A stretch of DNA of 64,000 bases from Octopus vulgaris (lineage: Eukaryota): assembly GCA_951406725.2 (NCBI GenBank), contig OX597836.1:24180001-24244000 (forward strand), read 5' to 3'. The notes under the pieces are model-generated. The model was not told the origin of the DNA and made no database searches. It was given only the letters and a program-made list of their open reading frames with translations. The position numbers and the translations under genes are program-made. Numbering within the stretch: position 1 is the first letter of the stretch; every line of letters starts with the position of its first letter. This document shows positions 41,921 through 55,985 of this stretch, in pieces.

Positions 41921-42430
41921 TGCCTCTGGTACATACACTATAAAGATATATATCATTATTATTGTAAACTATATCATTTTATCAATATCCATCTCAAACT
42001 ATTTATGCGGTATATTTGTTTATCAGAATAGAATAAATAAAAGATCATACCTTTAACCGACATAAGTATTGGCAGAGTTGGTGAGGAAGAGTTTAAATTG
42101 CTAGTTGCTTTTATGTTCCAAGCAGAAGAATTACTACCACCTTCTTAAATGCACCCAAGCTATTTCAAGAAACAAAAGCAATTGTCATTTAAGATGGGAA
42201 CGAAAACCAAATAGAAACAATATATAACTAAACATAATGAGCCGTCTAACCTTTGGAGGCGTTACATCTTAAAGCAAATTTCGAGAGAGGTTTAGCTTTT
42301 TGTTAATTTTATTTATTATTTTATTCATTATCAAAATGCTACCCGTTCTTGAAGCTTTGATAAAACTGGCTACATCGGGACACCTTTTGTTTTCATTGCA
42401 TACATGTGTTGGCATGTCAATTACACTCAC

Positions 42431-42440
42431 CGTAATGTGA
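42431..42440 (-). other. Candidate 10-nt microexon inside an RNA hairpin
   Basis: Minus strand: ccttttgtttctttgcag|TCACATTACG|gtgagt. Both splice sites are near consensus. Confidence 0.55.
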
Positions 42441-42781
42441 CTGCAAAGAAACAAAAGGTAATTGCTTGTGCTTTAAGAAGTACCTCTATGTTTTTTCGTC
42501 GCTCGCTTGCTTGACGTGTGATTGTATTTCTATTATTTCGCGATGTCGACGAAATAACTTACGAGGGATACAGTCATTTTCGGGAAGCTTATATTTTATT
42601 CAACATGCGACTACTTCTAACTTTTAAAACATAGTTAATGTTGGTCAAAATAAAGAAATAATTATAAATGATCTTTAATATCAAGTTGTGTTACCTCAAA
42701 CCTATACAAGATTTTGATATCCAGAGTAGTTCTTTCCATTTCATAAATTATGTTAAGCTTTCTTTATTTTAGACTAAACTC

Positions 42782-42813
<32 letters not shown>

Positions 42814-43559
42814 TATGTGCGTGCGTGTGCGTACGTACGCGCCCGTGTGTTGTTACGGGCTAGTGGGTAGTGTTTATTTCAATCGTACCAACACTATTAA
42901 TTACAGATTACAGTTCGTACTAAAACACTGTCTGTAGTAAAGAATTATCTGATGCTACTCCAAAATGTTTTGAAGTGTAACGATAGAGATGAAATATAGA
43001 AATAAATATAGAAATAAATGAAAGGAAAGGCGGTGGGGAACAAATCTCCGCTGGTAATGATTACAAATAGAAACTAATCTCAAGTGAGAAATCTAAAATA
43101 ATATTCCCAAGTAAGTGTGTAGAGTCTTTTAAAGTTCCCCTCCCCTAGTCAAATACATAAAACAAGAATGCCGAGTGCAGAGTCCTTATTCTTGTTAGTA
43201 AGTATGTTTTATTACATGTTGTAGTCCAGCACATATTGATTTAATAAGACAAAGAATTTATGGAAGTTTTAAAATAAGGCCGGTACTAAGAAAACTTTCG
43301 AAAAGTTATAAATTGCTCTGACAACTGTTGAGACTAAAGTGATTTACAGAATGAATCAACTGATGACCATAAAGAATCGAAGAGCACATTAGATATTACC
43401 TAGCAAAGAAAGTCTGCTTTCGTAATTAAATAAGTTAGCGTCTGTATTGAAGAAATTTAGGAATAACAACTTTGAGAGGATTATAAAAATATGAAAAGCA
43501 ATTATAGTCTAATAGAAAACGTCTCATACAGTATTATTCCAGTAAAATGCTTCCTAACA

Positions 43560-43800
43560 AACATTGTTTACTCTCCGAAAACTCCATTTCTAGTTGTATT
43601 TTTTTTTCTTTTCGCCCAGTCGTTATTGCAGGCTAACAAAGGTGACCAACTCTTTTCTAAATCCCTCACAACCTTCTTAAAAGATGAGAATATTGCGTAA
43701 TGAAATGTACTGAGCCTGAAGTGAGATTGAGCTGGCCATGACTGCGACGCATTTAATCCTAAGTCTGACCTCTTCCTTAAAAGCATCTTAGAATATTCAA
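43560..43800 (-). mobile_element. Tc1/mariner-superfamily transposase C-terminal remnant
   Basis: SWPAQSHFRLSTFHYAIFS resembles WPPxSPDLNPLDYxxW. Confidence 0.4.
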
Positions 43801-44461
43801 AAAGAAATATGTATTACATCATTTGATTCTGGTCCATATAATTTATTCACTAAAAAAGAAGTCAATACATAAACATTTACACTGAACATTCTAAACCTCA
43901 AATCAATGCAAATTTTAAATATTTAGGAAATATAAAATTTATTTCCAAAGTTAACATGTTGGTTTCACAACGTGTTAAATTAAAACTATGTGATAGACAT
44001 GTTCCTGGTTATTGCCTTCATATCTATAATGCATTAATTCAGACAAAATGCATTATATACATAAGTGAACGTAGAATTTATATGCTACCCAAAAGTAGAC
44101 ATCATATGTTGAATAAACGAATATTCGGAGTCATATCCATATATATTTAGTCTCGCTGTGTAATAAGGCCCTCCATATCTCGCTGACATCTCCCTCGAGT
44201 ATGCTGCAGTAAATCGCGGATGGCTAGTTATTAAAACATAAACAAAATTGTGCCCGTATAATTTTGCTAACACTGTAAAACTGATAACGGTTTCTTTTAT
44301 ACTTAGTGTGCATTCAGTTTCTCCTGCAGGTAAAGGATGAGATAAGATGGAATCCTCAAAAACCGAGGTGACCATGATATACTAACACCGTAGAGTATGT
44401 AGAGAAATCAGCTTTGGATTGCCCAAGCGAGAACCTTACTGATACTCCGTAACGCAAATAT

Positions 44462-44852
44462 TATTTTCTACTCTAGGCACAAGGCCGGAAATTTGGCGGG
44501 AAGGAGCCAGTCGATTAGATCGATCTCAGTACGCAACTGGTACTTACTTTATCGACCCCGAAAGGATGAAAGGCAAAGTAGACCTCGGCGGAGTTTGAAC
44601 TCAGAACGTAAAGACAGACGAAATACCTATTTCTTTACTACCCACAAGGAGCTAAACACAGAGAGGACAAACAAGGACAGACAAACGGATTAAGTCGATT
44701 ATATCGACCCCAGTGCGTAACTGGTACTTATTTAATCGACCCCGAAAGGATGAAAGGCAACGTCGACCTCGGCGGAATTTGAACTCAGAACGTAACGGCA
44801 GATGAAATACCGCTAAGCATTTCGCCCGGTGTGCTAACGTTCCTGCCAGCTT
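44462..44852 (-). mobile_element. Dimeric SINE family A
   Basis: Two tandem cores (CGACCCCGAAAGGATGAAAGGCAA at ~44553 and ~44737), joined at GAAATACCTATTTC and ending in different 3' tails. Confidence 0.9.
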
Positions 44853-46117
44853 GTCACTTGAGAAAGAAATAATATTGTTTACAAGAGAAGAGTGGAAGGA
44901 TGAGCAGTTTCAGATGTCGAGTGACATTGTAGACAAATGTGACGATAAAAAATGACCAAAATCGGAGAAGGATGAAATTGGACATAAAAAAGCTAAGAAC
45001 TGCAAGACAGTGTTTAGAGAAATAGTAGAGTAAAAGTGCGGGTAGGGAAAAGAGTTACAACTACTACTGAATACGAAAGTAGCAACGAACAGACGTACAG
45101 GAGTTGAATTAAGAGAAACGGACAGAATGTTTGAAGTACCTATGCTACTATCTCATTTGAAAAAATCCAACTAGTCTGCTTACTCTGGAACAAGAAAGCC
45201 AGAAAATGCAGAACAGGAGTAAGACCCATGTATTCTCTAATTTATTAAGACAATTGATAATCAGGAAAACATCAGGAGTGCAATGTAAATACCATTCCCA
45301 ACATTGTAATTGAAGTAGATGAAGTGAGAATGGTATAACCAAGAATTGAAACTATTTCCGACAGTCTTTTATGTGCATTTCGTCCGTACACTATCAAGCA
45401 GAACTGACATTATTAGAATAGTTAAAAATAATTCATTCATTCATTTTGAGTAGACGAAGGCAACATCCTATATTTAATAGTAGTAAAAAATGGAACTTAA
45501 GGGCATTCCTCACCCCTTTTCTAATGATTATTAACGGTTAATGAGATGCAATAGCCACAACTGAAGATGGCAAACAGCTGCGTCAACTCTGCAGAAGATT
45601 CTTTCTAATTCTACTGGACTAACGGCATTAGAAGCAATATATATCATATGTGTAAATAGGCCTTACGACCTGTCCAGATTTAATGTGTCTACGATTTTAG
45701 CGGCTGTCAATTAATGCGGATACTTACACTTGAATTGAACTTTGTTTAACATCAATTGCCAATTGTAGTAAGCTTTCACATCTTTGACATGAAACGAGAA
45801 CTCAGTGGAATTAGATAAGAATTTATGGTCTTGCGCAACTGCGCAGTCTTAAAATAAGGTAATGATAGTTTCTTCCAGTGGAACATGCCAAAATTTATAA
45901 GTGGTTTGTCAGTTCAGTTGAGCCCTAGTATACAACTCGTATTATATTATTATCCCTGAAAATATTGGAACACAGAAAGTAAAACTACAAGACTAAATAT
46001 TATATCAAATATCATTACCAATAATATATATAAGCAATAATATATTCAAGCAACAAGTGACCATTCCTAAAGCGTGAAAACCACTGGTAAACTTGTCTTA
46101 TGCTCATGGCAGCGTTC

Positions 46118-46322
46118 TAGTGATCTGTTTGAATCATGACAACTGTTTCGGTCGCCGTTTTCCCCAGCAGAAAACAGAATTTCACGGAAGCACGTTGTTC
46201 TTTCGTTTCAGTCATCGCAAAAATCGATGAAGAGGAGAGGAGCACTGCAAAACAAGGATGCACCACGTGGTAGTACGATCTCACTCGATGACGCCGATTA
46301 CTTTTGGGGTACCCCCTTGCAT
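46118..46322 (-). mobile_element. mariner 5' fragment (TIR + transposase N-terminus), a second family
   Basis: MTETKEQRASVKFCFLLGKTATETVVMI preceded by a TIR-like CAAGGGGGTACCCCAAAAGTAATCGG. Confidence 0.8.
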
Positions 46323-46897
46323 ATATAAGAAGGTAGTATGTTCTAACATCGCTTACGGGAAACGAAATTCTACTGTAAGCTGTAATTGCCTTACTAATCA
46401 CATACCAAAATAACAGTGCAACTGTGATCGTGCAAAATAGATGCCTTAAACAAACAAGCTAATATCAACACCTTGTCAGCGGGGTACTTAGCCACTCATT
46501 ATCAAGTTATGGAATTATATATAAAATAGCAAACGAAAATGAGTTTTAATATTGTCTAAGAGAATCGAAATTAGTGCCTACTACAGACGGCATAGTTCCT
46601 CTACTAATCTCTATGTTGGTATCAGTTGGAAGTAGATACAAGGCAAAAAACGCAGTGCTGTATCATGAGCAAAAGGGTGTCGGGATCGAATAAAACCGTT
46701 GGCGAAATTATGGGACAAGACGAGGCCAAGTCATTCTTAGTTAGGACTGAGGGCGTTGGTGATTAACACACACACATACATGTGTGTGTGTATTCAAGGG
46801 GCATTTTTTAGGAGAGGCAGTTATTACTGTCCTAGATTATTGTAATCTTGGTATAATTGTTATTATGCATCTAATATATACATGCACACATACATAC

Positions 46898-47004
<107 letters not shown>

Positions 47005-47349
47005 CTAAGGGTAGAAATTGATATCAACATCAATTTAAACCAATGGTCTAGCATATTCAAAAGAACCGAAGATTTAAAAATGATTTTACAATTAATAAGA
47101 GGAATGACCACTAAAGTGGAATTTCTATACGCTAGAAATATACGTCAAATCGCCTTACAAAAAAGTGTGTTCTCAAGAAAAAAAACCTACCAAACGCCAA
47201 AATGTAAAAAAACTTTTTACATTTTGGCGTTTGCAAGGATTTACCCAGCAGATGAATTACAGTGGGATTGATTACCCTGAGCAATCGGAGTATGAATGTA
47301 TACGATGCAATCGGAGTGTGAATGTATACAGAAGCTCAATCCACGCTCA

Positions 47350-48284
47350 TACCATTTGACTGGTGTAGATGAAAAAATTGCTTGCATCCATTTTCAACTC
47401 CCACCACGTTGTTCAACCTCCGTCCTTACACAAAACGAGCCATGGGTCAGAAAAGGTAGCATTTGTGATGGTGGAATGTCAAGATGTAGGCAGGTTGAAG
47501 CAGCACTTCCAGCCCATCATGTTCCTTAAGTTTGCGCTTGATTCCAATGGCAGTGTCAGCTGGGACATTGTCATGCTCTACGAGTGAGTGTCTTCGTATA
47601 ACCAATGAGTGGGTGTCTTCGTATGATGCTTTCAAAGCATCATATATTCGGTGCAGATGTTGAACACAAAGATTATCATTCATACTATAACCACTTGGGG
47701 CAAACTCAAAGTGCAACAACCCCTCAAAATTCCACCTAACACACATGATCTGTTTAAACCACCCTTATTTGACAACAAGCCAGAACGAAGCCATTGATTT
47801 CTTAACAGGATTGCGAAAATAGATCCATTTTTCATCCCCATTACAATTCAACGCCAAAGAGAGCACCTCGAGAATTTTCCAGCAGTTCTATGGGGAGGGT
47901 CACACGTCGTTGAGCCTGAACATTACTCACTTTATGGGGAGTTTCTCGACAGAGTCTTTTCACAAGGCCGACTCTATGGAGGAGTCGATTGATGCTGTTT
48001 TGTGGAGAACTAAATTCTGACGACAATGGACGAGTGCCTGTGCTTGGCTGTTGTTCAACCACTTCAAGCAATGTTTCATCTTCCACATTAGAACGTCTGT
48101 CTGACCTTGATTTGTCTTCGACGCTGGTTGTCTCCTTCCTTGAAATGTCTGAACCAGTTTTTGTACCACAGGTTCGTTGACAGTTCCTGGGTCTTTTGCA
48201 TTATTAATTTCTTTTGCCGCTGCCCTTCCAGGTAGCCTAAAGCGGCCCTAATTGCAATTTTTTACCACTCATTATCAAAGAATA

Positions 48285-48285
<1 letters not shown>
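47350..48285 (-). mobile_element. mariner transposase pseudogene, same family as 9804-11085
   Basis: VQKLVQTFQGRRQP, DEKWIYFRN, MCVRWNFEG and EHDNVPADTA...LKEHDGLEVL. Clear nucleotide similarity to the plus-strand copy. Confidence 0.9.
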
Positions 48286-48346
<61 letters not shown>

Positions 48347-48588
48347 TGTGTGTATGTATATATGAATGAACGGTTCTCTAAGACAAGAAATATATATATG
48401 CGTGTGTGTGTGTGTGTCTATGTGTGGATGTGTGAGGGTGGGTACAGGTGTTATCAATGAGAATCCGAAAAACATGTCTTAACTTCATATATGTATTTGT
48501 ATGTCTGTATGCATGCATGCATGCCTGTTTGTTTTATATATACATACACATATATACATATATACACGCTTCTTTAAGAGTGTGTGTG

Positions 48589-48676
<88 letters not shown>

Positions 48677-49238
48677 CGGTTCTCTAAGGGAAGAAATTGA
48701 ATAACAAACGGTTTTTGAACAAACCACGAGTAGAACACGCACCGTACTGAGAAGAAGCTGGCAGAGCGTGAACAAACGATTCGTTAATGTCCATGTGTGA
48801 ATTTCACGTAGTTTGCAAATTTCCTTGTTCAACAGAGAAAATAATATTTCTTATATTTTTGCTAAAACATAACGTGGATTGACAGAAAAAAAATGTAGGA
48901 AAATAGGAAAAAACACACACACACATGCATACGCTCACACTCAAACACAAAAAAGACATACGCATGCCCACATACACAAGCACATGCACATATATACGTA
49001 TGCATTTAAAATTATGTATTTGCTATAGATGGCTGGATAACTAAAACATCGTTTCATGCCTTTATGTGGAGTTTGGGTGTGGCTTGGAAGAGATTATATT
49101 CATAAAGACCCTCTCTCTCTCTCTTCTTTATATACGTATATATACACACCATATATATATATATATATATATATATAAACATATAAGTACACACACACAC
49201 ATATATATATATTTGTAGATATACATGTATGTATATAA

Positions 49239-49301
<63 letters not shown>

Positions 49302-49764
49302 TATTATATAAAATATTTATGTATACATTTTAATGTATCTTCCTTTCTCGCTATGTACATATGTATATATATATATTAAATATCAGCGCGCTGAAAATAC
49401 TTTACAGGATATGCAGAACTGTCTATGGTCTCCACTGCACAAGCCTTGAAGCCGAATCTGCTACGTTGGTATGTTGTACTGTATATTTTCAGTAACTTCA
49501 CGAAGGTAAGATTAACATTTAATACCTTTTTTGTGGATCTCTGTTTGTGTTGTTGCAAGAAAGATTCCGTTGTATATACTTAATAAGGCTGTAGCACTAT
49601 TTTGATTGTTTTTATTTTTGTCTTTCCCTTCTATTGATGTAGCATGAAATTGTTTACATTTGCGTCAAAAATACTCTTACTATGAATGTTTTGGTGGGTT
49701 TTTTTTACATTGATTTGATGTTATTGTTTTGTTTTGTCTGTTTGCTTCAAGCATTCGGCCCCAG

Positions 49765-50052
49765 AGCTTAGTACTTATTTTATCTGTCTCTTTTGCCAAA
49801 CCGCTAAGTTACGGAGATGTAAACACACCAGCATCGGTTGTCAAGCGATGGTAGGAGACAAACACAGACACATAAACACACGCACACGTATTAATATACA
49901 TATATACGACGGGCTTCTTTAGTTTTCGTCTACCAATTCCACTCACAAGGCTTTGGTCGGTCCGAGGCTATAGTAGAAGACACTTGCCCAAGGTGCTACG
50001 CAGTGGGACTGAACTCAGAACCATGTGTTTGAGAAGCAAGCTTCTTTCCAGA
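49765..50052 (-). mobile_element. SINE family B
   Basis: GACGGGCTTCTTT...CACTCACAAGGCTTTGGTCGG...GAAGACACTTGCCCAAGGTGC...GGGACTGAAC. Confidence 0.88.
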
Positions 50053-50056
50053 TATA

Positions 50057-50156
<100 letters not shown>

Positions 50157-50214
50157 TACTTTACCTCCCAAATGTTTCCAACCAAAAGGTACAAAATGTT
50201 AAGAATAGTTTAGT

Positions 50215-51310
50215 TAAATTTTTCTGTTGAATGGGCTCAAACATCGTTTTTGATGACGATATGACGAAGCTCAACTTTTTAGATATTGCGCTTAATTTAC
50301 ACAATAACTCTTCCCATATCATAAACCATTGACCAATCTTAAGTACATCAGCAAATTTAGTAATTATTTTAGGACAATTACTACGAAATTAGTTAAGAAT
50401 ATTTCATTTAGATTATCTAAGTTATCTGCTAATGTTGACATTTTCAATGATAACGCTGAATTTTATAACTCTGCCTTACTTAAAGCAGGTTATACAGAGA
50501 AAATTTTCTACATTGATTTTATTCAGTCTTATTCTAACTTCAATAATGTAGATATGAAATCTAGTTGTAAAAGAATTATCGATAACAAGCATAACTTATG
50601 CACCGATACAAAGCGCATGAAGGGAGATAACCCTTATTTAATCCCCTATTATCATTCTAAAAGTAAATGTAAGGCTTTCAAAAATAATTACACTAAAAAT
50701 AAGATAAATGGTAGTAAAAATATTTGGTTCATTGTTCCATACGGGAGAAGAAGTAAATCTAATCTCCCACTGCAATTTCGTCAAGCTATTGTTAGAAATT
50801 TTCCAAAGAATTCTAGGTATTACTCTATTATCAATTCATATACAGTTAGGATTGGTTTATCCAACACAAACAATATCTTACAAATTATTTCTTCATATGA
50901 TAACAAACTGTTAAATATTTATTTAGCTAATACAAGCCAGCCCTTTAGATATATTAATAACAAGGTTATTGTATCTGAAGTCAATTCCAACAGAATTAGG
51001 TTTATGTCAAGTAACTCTAAATTTAAAAATTCTTTATACCAGTTTATAATCAGTACTCGTTATAAAGTACGATTTTACATTGGAAGCACGTCGTTAGAGT
51101 TATCTAAAAGAATTTCTATCCATTACTCAACAATGAACAATTTAATTTAGAATGGTTGATTCTCTCAATCTCGATACCTTATGATAAAGGCAAGGAATTC
51201 TGTCTTCTCTGTAATTCTGAACAAATTTTTCATTATTTTTTCTAAAAATCCCCTAGCAAACACGATTATAGAGCGTGCATACCGATGTAAACGTTGGTAA
51301 AAACACACCT
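50215..51310 (+). mobile_element. Penelope-like retroelement, 5'-truncated (RT C-terminus + GIY-YIG endonuclease)
   Basis: LNFLDIALNL and YHKPLTNLKYISKFSN, ORF 50329-51150 with NIWFIVPYG, NFPKNSRYYSIIN and LYQF...FYIGST...KRISIH, then PYDKGKEFCLLCNSE. Bounded by (TA)n tracts. Confidence 0.9.
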
Positions 51311-51432
51311 TTAGTTCATATAAGTAATCTCTATAATTATATATAATTTAAACATTAATTTTCTTTTATAATTAACATTCACTAAATCCCTTCTCTTTCC
51401 GTGTTAATTGTTAAGAAGGGAAAAATACACTC

Positions 51433-51483
<51 letters not shown>

Positions 51484-51755
51484 CGTTATAAATTCACATA
51501 TATTTATATATATATATGTATATATATATGTGTGTGTGTATGTATGTATATACACGTATTCATTTATGTATGTATGTACATACGTATGTATGTGTGTGTA
51601 TTTATGCCTGTGTGTGTATGTGTAGGAATACACGCAGTTACCATCCAACATTTAGATGAGTACCAACACTTGCATGCAGCACTCTTCAACAATTGCGAAT
51701 ATATCTCCCTATGAAACCATTGGTAGCCTTGTTAAATAAACACAAATAAGATGTT

Positions 51756-51813
<58 letters not shown>

Positions 51814-51941
51814 TACATATATTTATATATGTGTACATATATATGTATATATATGTATACACACACACACACATATATATATAATATAAATAATATATAA
51901 ATATATACATATATGTACATACCTACATATATATGCGTATA

Positions 51942-52130
51942 TGGGTACAGCACATTGAAAGACTATGAACACCATGATAAACGAAAACATAAAAACAAAA
52001 ACATAGAAACGAACTTTTTGGGGAGCATCAAAACAAAACAAACAAACAGAGAAACGAGACATACAACATTAAGAATATTCCCCTTCTCTAGTTGTCCCTG
52101 TTTCATCTACTCCACGTTTGCACTCGTGTT
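51942..52130 (-). mobile_element. Repeat fragment in a TA-rich field, probably a PLE terminus
   Basis: GGGTACAG...GA(T/G)AAACGA(A/G)AACATAAAAA also occurs at 11910-11970. Confidence 0.5.
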
Positions 52131-52240
52131 TGACAAAACACTGAAAACACCACTTTATTTAGGTATCTTTTCTTTTAGCGTTATGACGAATTCAAAATTG
52201 TTCATATCTATCTATCCATCTCTTGCTTGTTTTATATATA

Positions 52241-52273
<33 letters not shown>

Positions 52274-52285
52274 ATATATACATAC

Positions 52286-52507
<222 letters not shown>

Positions 52508-52579
52508 AAATTTAGAGGACTGACCACTTAAAAAATGGACAGTTAAAGTGTATAACCAGTCTGATCCCGAAAAGAGAGT

Positions 52580-52930
52580 AATTGTTGGAGTGTGAATGAG
52601 TGGAGTTTCAGTCTTTGAAACTGCTGAATTGATTGAGAGTTCGAGGGGTAGAGTCTCTAAAATCCTGTTCGCATTCTAAAACCTAAGTAAAACAAAATAG
52701 CAATATCTAGAAAACTTTTCACAGTCGCATAAAAAGTGACAACAGAGCAAAGCCATCCCTTTACTGGATATTATGGTGTGGGGCGGCAGTTGTTAAAACT
52801 CTTCTGCCTTCCATGAGATTTGATGAGCGGACAAGGGTGTCCAGACTAACTCAAGTGGTCAATGTCCTAATAGAACAATGTCATCTTTTCAGATGAATCG
52901 TCTTTCACCCTTTTTCCACATTTCGGGGAA
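52580..52930 (+). mobile_element. Decayed Tc1 transposase fragment
   Basis: NVIFSDESSFTLFP at ~52877-52918. Confidence 0.65.
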
Positions 52931-53019
52931 TCATTCCTTGATGTTAACATAATCTTCCAGAATGAATATGCGTCAATTCACGTGGCTAATTTTATTAAAA
53001 ATAGGTACGAAGAGTGTGT

Positions 53020-54640
53020 TTGTGTCTGCTTTCTGTCATAGTTTTGGTGAAGAAGCGAGTTGGACGAAGCAGCTCCTATTTGTGTCTCCTGTCCAGGGAG
53101 AAATTTGTACAGATGCATTTTTAAGATCTCCACATCTACACCTCGCAAATCTCTGAGGTTGCTTGGCAGGATATTAAACGGTTGCAAACCCCTAAAACTC
53201 AAGCTGTTGCAGTACTAGAGACATAAAGGCGGGATTTTTGGTATCATGCAGTGCCTTAAATTCGTTGCTTGGTACAGCTTTTAATTTCAGAGTTGGGATC
53301 TAGACGTTCCAAGGTTAGGGTTAGGGTTATATATCATTGCATATCTTTCTCGCCTTCTCTCCGGGGATTAAAGCTTCAGTTCTTTTAGCCTCTCCCAGTC
53401 GCTCAACTGCTTCACCGAGTCAATCTTCTTTGTGTAGTGGCGCTGGATTTTCTCAAGTTTCGCCACCAGGTTGGACCAGTAATCCAGATGACTAAGAATA
53501 AAATTTCTCCATAGGAGTGGCAAGGTATCTTTATTTCTGGTTCTGAATGATTTAAGAATCCATCCAGCTGCTCACCTATCCTACGTTGCCATCTTTGTAA
53601 TATGTACATGAAACGTCGCATCATTACGCATGTAGATTCCCAGGTCGCACACCGATTCTAACTCTGGGATTGCACAAAAAGTAGCGGTCCAGGTTCATTT
53701 CCTTGAGGAACTCCGCTGTGGATTGATCTCTTCCCAGAGGGAGCACCATTGGCTGTCTCACTTATGTCTTTTAACTGTTTCACTTATGTCTTTTAAAAGT
53801 CGTGCAGCCTCTCTCCCAATCTTCCAGTGATACTAAGGTCATGTAGTTTCTAAAATATCAATCCCATGATCAACTTTGTCAAAGGCCTTGGCAAAGTCGA
53901 GATAGATCACGTCCACATTTGAGTGGTTTAACATCCAGTTGTAATGTTGCAGTGACACGTGTGAGGAAGAAACCATGTTGTGTGTTTGTGAACAAGTTAT
54001 TCTCTTCCAGCAACGTGATCAGTCTCTTGACGATGCGTTCCATGACCTTGCTAACATGTGAAGTCAGAGAGATAGGTCTGTAATTTTTAGCCTCTGCTTT
54101 GCTTCCTCCTTTCTGAACAGGACATATGATACCCTCCTTTAACAGTTTGATAGTTTTCTACATGCAAGGAAACTCTGAATAAATATCTACAATGGCTTTG
54201 CGAGAGCTATCTTCCATGTTTTTAGGAAACAGCCGGAAATCCATCCGGGTCCGTTGCTGAGTTTGAGCTCTTCTCACCAATGGCCGATATTACATCTTTC
54301 TCTCTTATGTCTATGCAATCGATGGTCGCTTCTTCCTCGTGTAGGTCCACAGTGTTAAAAAACTCTTTAAGCTCGCTTATTCGCATGTTTCCCAGTGGAG
54401 AAATGAAGACACTCTGGAATTGTTTGTTTAGCATTTCATTTATCCTCTTGTGGTCTCCAGTTAGCTGGTCTTATCTTGTAATGCACCGAGGAGGCACATT
54501 CTTTCGCAAACGTCTAGAAGGCTTTGGGATTTATTTTTGTATTTTCCATCGCCCTGGTTTCTCTTTCTACTCTTTCTTTTTCATGGGAGAGTTTGAGTTT
54601 ATTTTCGATTTCTAGAAGCGCCTTCTTTGATGAGGGGTTT
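53020..54640 (-). mobile_element. CR1/L2-group LINE reverse transcriptase pseudogene
   Basis: SATDPDGFPA, NYRPISLTSHVSKVMERIV, QHG, NVDVIYLDFAKAFDKVDHG, LEKIQRHYTKKI and WERLKELKL. Confidence 0.92.
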
Positions 54641-54894
54641 TTCACTGTCATTATACATAGTCAGGATGTCTGAGAGATGAAAATAGAAATACTTTTCTAT
54701 ATGACTTCCTTATGATTACATGCGTTTCGTAACCTTTTTCTTGTAGTATCAATTTCAGAATGCGAAAGTTAAACGTACATTTTGCACCAGTATGTATGCC
54801 CAGTATTATACAAGTGTATATTCACAAATTAATGCGAATAAAGGAGGAAAGAAATCTAATTCATCAGATCCCTAGAACATACGTTCTGTATGAG

Positions 54895-54956
<62 letters not shown>

Positions 54957-55261
54957 TGCGTATGAGTACACAAATGTTTATAATATACATATATGTATAT
55001 TTATAGACACACAGTCATGTGTGTGTGTGTGTGTGTGTGTGTATAAACACAGGCACACAACTATATTTTATGTGAATATTCGCTGTACAGTTGAAGTCAA
55101 CCTTTTCGATCTTATCCATTATTCAACAGGAATTATATTAATTTTGACGTGGCCACCCATATCTCTATATATCATATGCAAATGAGATAAAAACAACAAG
55201 AATCAAAAAGGCGTATCGAAAAGAAAATAATAAAAATTCAATGATTAGAATTAAACATAAA

Positions 55262-55280
55262 AGTAAGTAAGTAAGTAAGT

Positions 55281-55355
<75 letters not shown>

Positions 55356-55371
55356 CAGTAGTAGTAGTAGT
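55262..55371. repeat. (AAGT)n/(AGT)n microsatellite abutting a SINE tail
   Basis: Seen directly. A SINE-like tail follows at 55380-55450. Confidence 0.93.
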
Positions 55372-55525
55372 GGGAGTTCTTTCTCTATTCGCATAAGGTC
55401 TGAAATTTGGGGATGGGGTTAGTCGATTACATCAACTTCAGTGCTGCACTGGCCGACGCGGTTGCTCCCGCACAAGATGGGATGCGTTCGCACGTCAAAA
55501 TTCGCACAACATGCTGACTTGCGCG

Positions 55526-55561
<36 letters not shown>

Positions 55562-55739
55562 AAGCCCTACAACACACATAGATTAACAGCCACAACCACA
55601 CACACACACACACACGCACACACACGCACACACACACACGTGTTATCATTGCACACATACACACACACGCACACACAGACCTTCGCGCATGCACATATCC
55701 ACACTTACACACATATACCTCATTTTGCTCTCTCCAGTC

Positions 55740-55985
55740 TCTGAAAGAACTTTTCTTCACCCATTTCCTTCCGGTCATTGAAAATGTGACGGCGTGTGTA
55801 CCGTTGGCGATTTTTTCCCTCCGTCTTTTTTTCCCTGGATCTTTCCTTTTCCTATGTTTCCGACGAAGAGCTCCGCTCGAAACGTTAAACCATCCTTCTT
55901 CCCTTCCTTCCTGAGCGTCCAATAATACTATATTTGTTCCACGTCCTCGCGTTGTTGTGTTTTCTCTTCGTGTTTTCATGTTTGG

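Noticed and set aside
45290-45335. PNIVIEVDE, resembling the Merlin/IS1595 VEIDE motif
   Set aside because: A single short motif with no other supporting transposase motifs or TIRs.
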